A stretch of DNA of 45,144 bases. It comes from Nemertoderma westbladi. Taxonomy: Eukaryota > Animalia > Xenacoelomorpha. The notes under the pieces are model-generated. The model did not search any database. It worked only from the letters and a program-made list of their open reading frames with translations, and was not told where the DNA came from. Position numbers and translations under genes: made by a program. Positions 1 to 9,500 of the stretch are shown here, piece by piece. How positions within the stretch are numbered: position 1 is the first letter of the stretch; every line of letters starts with the position of its first letter. Where the stretch lies: positions 1 through 45,144 of the forward strand of contig JAUCBJ010006678.1 of NCBI GenBank assembly GCA_032718475.1. The letters run 5' to 3'.

Positions 1-339
1 TTAGTGCGACGGCAAGAAATAATTCTTTTCCTTCTTCCTTACTGTCCGTATTACATTACAAATACGTAACTACAGTAAGATGAAATGTCCGTACTTATTA
101 AAGTACAATAAAGCCACTACTATATTTAAGTATTATTGGTAGGCAGAGTATTAGGAATGCAAAGTTCAGATCCTCGTGTCTCGGCTAAACCAAGCTCTGG
201 GTAGACCTTGGAAACGACTTGCCTCTTCACACTGACATTGCTTCGTGCGATATTGCTCTCATACCGTATATTAAATAATACATATAGTAGCGTGATGTCC
301 CTTTAACAGTAGCGTATAACGCAAAATAAATCTGTTAAA

Positions 340-640
340 CCCTTTGACCATCTGTAATTCTAGTCGATTAAGATGTCGCGGCACCCACCGATATACTTGA
401 AAGACAAATTCTAGAATCAGTGGTTAACGTTCCCAGACAAGTTCTGGAATAAATCGGTGCCCATCTCAAATATTAATTATTTAATATTTGCAAATCTAAT
501 AAATCAAAATCTGTAAAATTCAGATCCTTCAACAATTCTAGTCAATTAAGATATCGTAGCATTTACCGATATTCTTAAAAAGACAATTGTCATAGAATTA
601 AGGATCTTGTGTCCCCAGACATGTTCTAGAATCAAAATAT
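340..640. repeat. degenerate tandem duplication (~185-bp period)
   Basis: aattctagtcgattaagatgtcgcggcacccaccgatatacttgaaagacaa (~356) recurs as aattctagtcaattaagatatcgtagcatttaccgatattcttaaaaagacaa (~534); cccagaca..ttct.gaat also recurs. Confidence 0.6.
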
Positions 641-2871
641 GTCAATTTAATTATCAAATAATAAAATTTCAGGGAATAAATTTAAACTCATGCCTTTTAA
701 TGAATTTAATAAATTGCCATTTTTACGCAATTTATAACATTCCCAAAATTCCATTAATTAATAGATCAAGGGAGCGGAGATTTATCTTATTATGCGTATG
801 AGTGTGCGAAAGTCTCCCAAACATAGTCAATAGCCGATAAAATTCATAAAGTCATGTATAAAACAGGACATTGACCATTAAAGAATTACTATTAAATAAC
901 ATCCCAGATCTGTATGCATGAGAATTACCCTAATTCTACCGCTAGCTTTACATAATGTCACCATAGCAACAACCACGCTAGAATTAGAATTGAGTTAAAA
1001 GAACAATAGAAAGCTTGTCCCATTGAATAGCATAGGGAATAAATAGCGCACTGCTAGTATCCAAGGATACATGATAATAACGTGACATTCTGGAAGGCAC
1101 TGACTAACGGACAAGTGACCCGAGTGTGTGTAATTTGTGACAAGTTGTGTGTGTGGTATTTGTGAGTTTATAGGCGAATGTTACTACTAAGGTGTGTTTA
1201 CAGTAGCGAGTCGCAATTGTGAAAGTAACCCTAACTCTCCAGTAAGAACCTGAGGTGTATCTAAGCCTTTGGGACGGACAGTCGAGTGACTTGTGCCGGT
1301 TGTCGTTGTCGTTGTGCGGCTACGTCGTTGGCGAAAGTACAGCGGCGACGACACATCGGCGCTGAGGATCTCGCACTGTCCGGGGGCTGATTGGGGTAGG
1401 CAGCGACGCTCGCTAGCCTAAATATAAACTCATTATAATATTAATAAACTCATATATAGCAGATATGACGGAGTTGATAGAAGATGGTCTTCGTATCAGG
1501 GAGCGATATACTCTACTTTCAAGCGTTTGTTGATAGCTTGATACGTGGTGATACTAGTCCAACTACTACGAAGGATGATGGTCGTTATATCGAACCTACG
1601 ATTTCCTGGAAGTAACTTACGCGTGAATTGGACTATGGAAAATTCACCGCTCGCTACACGCATTGTAATGGTATGTATATGGACTTCTTAACCATTGGCC
1701 ATTCTATCGATTTACACGATACGGACTATGTCGAACATATCCTACCCAGAGGAGTCGAAACGATAAACCAAAATTCTAATGCGAAAATCCTATTCGAAAT
1801 CGACTCGAAAGAAAAGACATTAAAGAAACAAATAAACGCGGTAACTCCAACATATATTTGGAATTCTTGATAGAAGCATTGTAACAACAAATAAATATCA
1901 TCCGCGTTTCCCCTACCAGACGTGCGTCTTTGGTATTATTACGATAAATGCCCTAGACCCAGCCAATAAACGGAAAGACATAAACATCCACGGAAACGTT
2001 GTGTTAAACACAGTTGTGCTCGTTATATTTACTGGAGTTTCGAGCGAAACTTGTTTGACGTATCACCTATGCTCACTCGGCTCGAACGATCCTGGAGTAA
2101 ACCTACGATCAGAGTCCCGGAATACTCGGTCAAACCTCCTCATTCCTTAGTTGGACCTCAGACCTGCGATCCTGGTGGTGTCGCGGATCCTCGTGGACTG
2201 TATTCACTGTTCAAAGATCTAGTGCTACCCTAACAATTAATCGGTAACACTCCGACAGTGATTTCTAGCTAGCCGCCCATCTTACCTAGCCGGATTGTGA
2301 CGCGGACACCTAATATCACTATCCAACCATATGGTCGTTCCCGTTTAACGCGATACAACCCTTCATCAATGTGAAGGAGAGCGTTGTACGAAACGAGTTA
2401 AACGCTATTCTATAAAGATCAAAAAAGAAACCTGCGTTTGTTCAGATAAACGTAAGTTATAACAGTAAGTCCAATCGATAAACGAATTGGCCTTATCTCA
2501 GTTCGATTGGGAAATCTCGAATCTCTAAGAAGATATCAAGCTTAGAAAACCCTATTCTCTGCGAGAGTTTTGGACGAACGTATCCCATGACAAGCGGAGG
2601 AAAATCAGCTCGAGGAGAAGCATATCGAAATGGACGAGACACCGACCGTAAACCCAAACCTTCTAATGCAATTGTATTGCACCCTTTACCCAGGAGTTAT
2701 AGCCTTTCTAGTAAAGTGGCTCGCCCCAAAGAGAAAAGGACTCTTGCTGGCCTCGGGAAACTGCGTGAACGCCGTCCGCGCAAGAAAAACTAACTGTTTA
2801 GAGTATCTTTATGTTTTAGAAACTGTGATTTTTATATTTTATAGACTGAAAATCCCATTTTCTGGGAGCGG

Positions 2872-3967
2872 TGTAAAAGCTTTTGCGGAATTGCCCGGTT
2901 ATTTTTCCTTATTTTTCCCGTAAAATACTCTGTAGTTGGTTTAGTAGGTGTAAGAGGCCGTATTATTGCTGTATCGGTGTTTTTTAGAGGACCTAAGAGC
3001 TATTTCTTCCGTATGTGTACTTTGGAAGACATGGTTGGTGATTCTATGGCAATTCTATGACGCAAAAGGGGCTAGATACTCTTGAACAGTAGTTACGGCA
3101 AGTGTTTATTATTAGTGTTTATTACTTGTTACGGCAAGTATTATGGGCAGTGTTTACATTCTGTCCTGAGCCAGGAGAGAGCGGCTTTGGAATATTTTGT
3201 GCTTTTCTGCTTTAGCCTAACACTAGTAGGCTTAATTATAAGGACATATATCCGTTATCTGATGTCTGGTTAACTGGCCCATACTGTGCAACTTAACTTA
3301 ACATTACTGCTTTGCTGTCGGTTATTCATTATATTTGTTGATGAATTATTATATTTGGAATAACGAGAAATAACCCCGAAATCCAATATTCTTGATATAC
3401 CGAAGGTAAGAGAGAAAGGTTACATATAACGATTGTGACTTATGTTAAAGTGGTTTGAAGTGAATCTAATGTTATTTGATAGACCCTACATGATTCGGTC
3501 CGTGTTCCTTTTATATGTGACTAAAATCAGTGAAGATCGGCAGATCAGTGTGCAGTATTGTGCAGCATTGTGTATGAGTGAGACTGATAACGAAGCATTT
3601 CCTAAAGAATGCGCCATATATGTGAATTGTAACTAAGCCATATCGTTGTGAGTAGTTTAAGTCATAACTCTGTTTATATAGATAGAGCGCCACGTCCTAA
3701 AGGAACTGTTAATATTCCCCGAAGGTGAATAATATTGTCAGAGATTATATAATACTGTCAGTCGAATAATACATTAGGCTTACATAGCAATACGATTAAG
3801 CCGTCGAAGTCAATCTCCCGGGTATATCCAACGGGTGAATGATCGCGCACAGATTGGTTTCAACTAGTGTAGTGAATCAAATACTTGTCAGAGGCTAAAG
3901 CGATTTATTATCTAGAAGACATCCTAATTTGGCGGGTTAAACTGCCAAAGGTCTGAAAGCGCGAACA
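2872..3967 (+). repeat. putative 3' LTR (~1.1 kb) of the left-hand element
   Basis: TGT...ACA termini, preceded by a PPT-like tract, ends exactly at the integrase breakpoint. Single copy, so boundaries are inferred. Confidence 0.45.
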
Positions 3968-4626
3968 TAATCGAATCGCCCATTTATCCAATGACGTTTA
4001 ACAAGTGCTTTCATGGATTTTACCGCAGCTTCAGCATGTCCATTAGATTGGGCATAATATGCTGATGAAATGTTTTCTCTGTCGATGCCATATTCCTTGC
4101 AAAATTCTCTAAATTCCAATGATGTGTACTGTGAGCCGCCATCACTTCGAAGTTTCATCGGGATTCCAAAATCAACAAAAAACCTCTTTAGAGATCTGAC
4201 CACAGTGGATGTTGAAGGTACTTTATCATAAAAGTCTACACATGGCCATCCTGTATAACGGTCGACATATACCAAAAAATATTGATCTCCATATTGAAAC
4301 AAATCCGATGATGCAGAATGGAAAGGATGGTTTGTCACTGAATCTGACAGAAGTGGTTCCTTAGGTAGACTCGGTTGATATTTCTGACAAAGCTCGCAAC
4401 TATTTACAGTTTGTATAATATCATTGGTCATCCCAGGCCAATAAAATAATTGATTCGCTCTTGCCTTTGTTTTCGTAATACCCTGATGGGAAGAATGTAA
4501 GCGTCGTAAAATTTCAGGTCGAGTACTAGCAGGCAATATGATACGATTTCCATCAAGAGTTATCATTCCATCAGAGATCGATATGCGATCCCAGAGCTTG
4601 CCGTACACTCGAGCCGGATGTTGCAT
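3968..4626 (-). pseudogene. pol: Gypsy integrase (HHCC zinc finger + rve core), split off from the rest of pol
   Basis: LHSSHQG..CELC zinc motif, SDLF / VDRYTGW / RSDGGSQY / SNGHAEAAVK core motifs in ORF 3937..4626. The last ~9 residues read into the neighbouring LTR. Confidence 0.93.
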
Positions 4627-4629
4627 TGG

Positions 4630-6140
4630 TGTTCGCGGTATTTCAACTTTTCATAACGCGAGTTGAATATTTTTTGTATTTATTTAAAATGATTATTCCG
4701 ATATTACTACTGGGTGCGGGACCATGGGTTTTGGGCACATTCAATGGACTGGGGGCGATTTATGGGCGAACATTGGGGCAACTTACAGGGTACGGGAATA
4801 ATTTCATAGTTATAAGGGCCAGGGGTGGGAGGCAAAGTTAAGCAGTATTCAGGTTAGCCTGAGTACTATTAGGCCCTGGCCAACTTCCTGCTGCCTGTAG
4901 AGGTGGATTTGGTAACGCGCCAGGCCTAAAGGACAAGGACTGCCCTTAGTGGCCCCTGGCCAACAGCAGTTATTACGAGCCTGAAAAGGACATCGGAACG
5001 CCGGCTGCTTGCGCCAGGGATTCGCGACGGGAAACGACAGCCCCCTTAGCTAAGCCGTACTGGTTCTCAATGACCGATCCCTTCGGGGTTCGCGAGGGGT
5101 GGGACGGACATGCGAAAGGGTGGCCGACTTACAGAGGAAGGGTTTGACGAGGACTGCCCTTAGCGGTCTCTGGTCAACAGCAGTTATTACGAGCCTGAAA
5201 AGGACATCGGAAAGTCTGCTGCTTGTGCCAGGGATCTGCGACGGGAACCGACGACAGACCCCTTAGCTAAGCCGTACTGGTTCTCGATGATCGTTCCCTT
5301 CGGGGTTCGTGATGGGTGGGACGGACATGCGACGGGGTCGAAAGACAAAAGACTGGACGCTACTGGCCTACCGACTGTTCGGAGCAGTTTCTCGGCTGCC
5401 GAAGCGACTATGAGCCTGAATAAGGACTCGGAAAGCCTAGGTGGTTGGGTCTCTGCGATGAACCGACGGACCCCTAGCCAAGCCGTACTGGTTCTCGATG
5501 ATCGAACCCCTCGGGGTTCGGGAGGGGTGGGACGGATACGCGAACGGGTCCACCGACATGACAGACTCCTAGCCAAGCCGTACTGGTTCTCGATGATCGA
5601 TCCCTTCGGGGTTCGGGAGGGGTTGGACGGATAAGCAACAGAGTCTACCGACTGGACCGACCCTTAGCCAAGCCGTGCTGGTTCTCGATGATCGATCCCT
5701 TCGGGGTTCGGGAGGGGTGGAACGGACACGCGATAGGGTCGACCAACACCGACACTACGGCATCAAGACTAGGACCGAGGGAAAATCTGGGGAACATTAG
5801 TTAGGCTAAAATCTGAGCGAACAGTGGGTTATTAAATAATATACTGTAGGGATTTATATTGTCGTGTATAATTATTGTGAATATTTGGTGTATATTGATT
5901 TGGGGAAGCCCAATTAATTCTCAATCAGGGTTCAATGATGTTGAACAGGGTTCAACAGTAGGAAGTTACATTAAAGAGTATATCCAACCAATGCAACTTT
6001 TCTTCAACCGCAATCCTGCATCTAAGAAATTTCTCCTTCTCCACAATCAATATCCGGTGACTGGCCGGGACTCTGTGGTCTGTAAAGTCACGTCTCCAGC
6101 ATCGGCGTTTTTCCCCCCTGGTGTTGGGATAACGGCAACA
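4630..6140 (+). repeat. BEL/Pao 5' LTR
   Basis: TGTTCGCGG...GGCAACA; collinear with 17314-18824, about 22 substitutions counted by eye and no indels seen. Confidence 0.97.
5045..5735 (+). repeat. five ~70-nt GC-rich hairpin repeats inside the LTR (also present in the 3' LTR)
   Basis: Unit tagc(t/c)aagccgtactggttctcgatgatcgatcccttcggggttcgggaggggtgggacgg at ~5046, 5263, 5475, 5569 and 5664. Confidence 0.9.
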
Positions 6141-6142
6141 AA

Positions 6143-6154
6143 ATTGAGAATTAA
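6143..6154 (+). other. non-tRNA primer-binding site, complementary to LTR 5914-5925 (putative self-priming)
   Basis: ATTGAGAATTAA begins 2 nt after the LTR end and is the exact reverse complement of TTAATTCTCAAT at 5914-5925. No TGG-initiated tRNA PBS next to the LTR. Confidence 0.7.
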
Positions 6155-6387
6155 CACGGTCAATTTTGATAGGGTATCAAAATTGAGAATTAAACGCGAC
6201 CAACTTCAACTGGTGGAAGTTGGGAATTCTTCAATACTCTTCAAACTCTCTCCGTGCTTACCCAGCACCCACTACGAGGAAACTCTGGTATTTGAGTTAA
6301 GACAAAGTTGTGGTTTAATCAATCAACAAACTCGATCTAACCAACTCGTAGTCAGCAAATCACATATTGGAGAGTTGTTAACAGGGA

Positions 6388-6579
6388 ATGGAAGTATCGA
6401 TCACACCCATTGATATCATCCAAGTTGAGCCAGGAATCTGGCACGTCGAGGTGGAAGTACAAGGAACAAACGTCGGACGATTCAGGATTAACATTCGGGT
6501 GGTCCAGGCTGAGTACAATACTTACGAGGAACTATTCTACGACATCGCATATCTTGCTATCAACGAGGCGTTGGAATAA
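6388..6579 (+). CDS. 63-aa upstream ORF overlapping the gag start (TAATG)
   Basis: ATG-initiated, protein-like alternating hydrophobic pattern; its TAA shares the A with the gag ATG at 6579. Confidence 0.5.
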   Translation: MEVSITPIDIIQVEPGIWHVEVEVQGTNVGRFRINIRVVQAEYNTYEELFYDIAYLAINEALE

Positions 6580-9500
6580 TGGCAAACAACGTATCCGATA
6601 TCGATGAGATGGACCACCACACAGATTCGGAAGCCGACGAGGTACCGAACGTCAAGAACATGACCCGTCGACTAGGGGCTCTCAAGGGCGGAGTAACTCG
6701 AGCGTATCAACGGATAGAGAAACAACTCAAGGGAGTCAAAACCCCCCTCAACGAGATACAAACTCAGCTTCAAAGTATCCGAAATATCCTACAGCGATAT
6801 GAAATAATGATACAGGCGTACCAAGAGCTCGTTCCCTCCACCGATCAGGAAAACTACCCCAGGTTAGAAGAACACGTTGTACATCTAGATGGGTTCCGCA
6901 AACAACACTGGAGGACCCTCAGCCTTGTGAGAGGCTATGAAGAACAGTACTACAAGAGAGCTGAAAGAACAGACGCAGAATCAGTGCGAACCTCCAGCAC
7001 CAGGACAGCAGTACATCGAAAGAGAACGGGGTCCTCTAGAAATCAGCACTCCAGCGCTAGGAGCGCGGTGTCCGGTTCAGCACACAGCTCTCAAGGGGGT
7101 CAACCACTCCGAGACCAGCTACGAGAACGGAAGGCATTAGCCCTCAAAGCTCGGATGGAAGATGAGTATATTCAACTGCAAACCGAGCAAGATGTATTAG
7201 CCGCCGAAATGCAAAAACGAGAGGCCGAACGGCAGGCCGTACAACATGAACAGGATGCTGAACAATGTGAACAGGAGGCTGAACAACGTAGACAGGAGGC
7301 TGAACAACATAGACGAGAGGCCGAACGGCAGGCCGAACAACGTAGACGGGAGGCCGCACAACGTGGACGAGAGGCCGAACGAGAGATCGAACAACGTAAA
7401 TGGGAAGCAGAAATGCGTAAACAACACGCCGAGGCCCAAGCGATTCTCATCCACAAAAAGAATGCTGATATTGCGAAACTCGCGGAATATGAAGCCGCAC
7501 TTATAGAACGAGATATTCAACTATACGAGGACTGGGAAAGGGAAATAGATCAGGATTATGAACCAATCCTGGTACCGGAGTTAGAGAAGTCATTTACACC
7601 AACAGCGGCAAAACTTCCGAAACCCGAGATCCCGCCTACCAAACAGTCTACGTTATCGGCACAAGCACCGGTGTTCCATCCCCCACCGGTTACGCTTAAA
7701 AATGAGGAACCGTATTTCCCATCCAACCCCACGACAACGAGTGTATCCAAGTACGAGCCTGAAAGGGACTCGGAACGGGACGCCACTCCCCGATCCAACA
7801 ACCCATTTACATCCACACCACAAACCCGTAGTCGCGTCCTCATTAAAACTCCACCTATCATTGATCCATCGAGTATGGGAGTGAGTGCCAATAACTATAA
7901 CCCTCCGAGTCACTCCAGTTCAGACGACGTCGGTATTATCCGGGCGTTGGAAAACCGCCTTGCCAAGCCTAAGATGGAGATCCGCACCTTCGAAGGAGAT
8001 CCCGTCGATTACCTCAGATTCAAGAAACGGTTCTTTGCGCAGATTGGATCAACGGACATAGCCGACGCACAGAAATTGGTATATTTATCGCAATACCTGG
8101 GTGACAAACCACGCCGAATTATGGCATGTTTTGAGGGTGGTTCTCATGAGGCATACTATGACGCATGGAAAACTCTAGATAAAAGATACGGAAATACCGG
8201 AACTATAATTAATAAAACTCTAGAGAGACTGATACAGGACACGGGATCACTAGGGGACCCACAGAACATCCAGGAATTCTCCGACTCTATGAAGGATGCC
8301 TACTATACTCTGAAACCCTTAAATAAGGAGGACCAGGTGAACAACATTCTAAACCTCCGACAGATCGCCCGGAAGTTCCCCGGATGGCTACAAAGCAAGT
8401 GGGCTTATAAATGCGTAGATCTCCGGCGCAGACATCCAGATCGAGATCCTAGCTTCCTTGAAATGTCGGCATTCCTGGACGATATCTCCGAAGCCATGAA
8501 TGACTCGATGTTTTCAAAACAGAGTCTCGCCAAGTTGGACGGAATAGAGAGCAACTCCAGGAGTAAGATACCCCCTCCGAAACCGAGATTCCGCCCCCCA
8601 CCGGTGAGTACGATGGCCATCACCATGGCCGAGGATTCCGACGACGAAGACTACGAGGAACTGACATCCGCCGAGGAATGGGCATGTTATCTCGCGAATT
8701 GGGCACCCGAGAGGGAAGGCATCACAAACTCCCTGCTCTGTCTCTATTGTGGAGAGAAACATAAAGTTGAATTCTGCAGGAAGTTCCAGTTTGCCGAACT
8801 CGTCCCACGCTTCGAAGCGATTATGAAACACCGAGGATGCTTCCGGTGTCTTGGTACAGGTCACTACGTTCGGGAGTGCGACCAAAGGTCGTGTTGTGCG
8901 GTTTGTAACGACCTACGTCATCACACGCTCCTCCACATCCCCGCGAACTTTGACTTCACTACCCTCCCCTTTCGGATTGAAACAAAGCGAAGAGGAGAAA
9001 CGAACCACGTTTCTAAAGGATCCCGGACAACCCAACGGAGAGAAACCAACCCGTTTAAAACCTCCACTAACGCATCACAAGTGACAAATATCTCAGCCAC
9101 GATCAACCTGATAAATCGCCGTTACATGGTCTTCGCTAAGGTAATCCCAGTAAGAATTCAGGGAGTCGGCAAATCCTTGACGACACTCGCGTTCCTTGAT
9201 AACGGGTCGGACGGAACCATCATCGACCGGGATTTCCTCGAGCAACTCGGCCTAGACTATGAACCTTGCAAACGGCCCATACAAACTATCACCGACAACA
9301 GAGAGGTACACTCCGGGGAGGTGCAACTCCAGATGGAAGGAGTAATGAAGGGCTACGAAACGGTTAAGTTGACCATCAAGAACGCCTTGGTACACACAGA
9401 CCTCCGAGTGCGGTTCCGACAATCGGCCGAGTACGCCCCCCTCATACAGCTGGATCGAGACGACGTAGACCTACGGTGCCCGCCATTGGATGTAAACTGC

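Larger units (their letters stand above)
1..3967 (+). mobile_element. 3' portion of a probable LTR retrotransposon inserted into the Gypsy integrase (5' part outside window)
   Basis: Gypsy integrase homology stops abruptly at 3967/3968 next to ...CGCGAACA, an LTR-like ACA end. A purine tract GGGAGCGG (2864-2871) is followed by TGT at 2872. No partner LTR or TSD in the window. Confidence 0.45.

Noticed and set aside
5045-5735. hammerhead ribozymes or a CRISPR array in the LTR repeats
   Set aside because: CUGAUGA and GAAA cores are not intact (ctcgatga..gggag); spacers are irregular and related; eukaryotic context with no cas genes.
6211-6228. TGGTGGAAGTTGGG as a tRNA PBS
   Set aside because: 70 nt from the LTR end, part of a local hairpin, and no tRNA 3' end that I recognise.
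5859-6413. 184-aa ORF spanning LTR and leader (and the other LTR ORFs at 5187-5634 and 17971-18854)
   Set aside because: Non-ATG or repeat-derived, cross LTR boundaries, no domain motifs.
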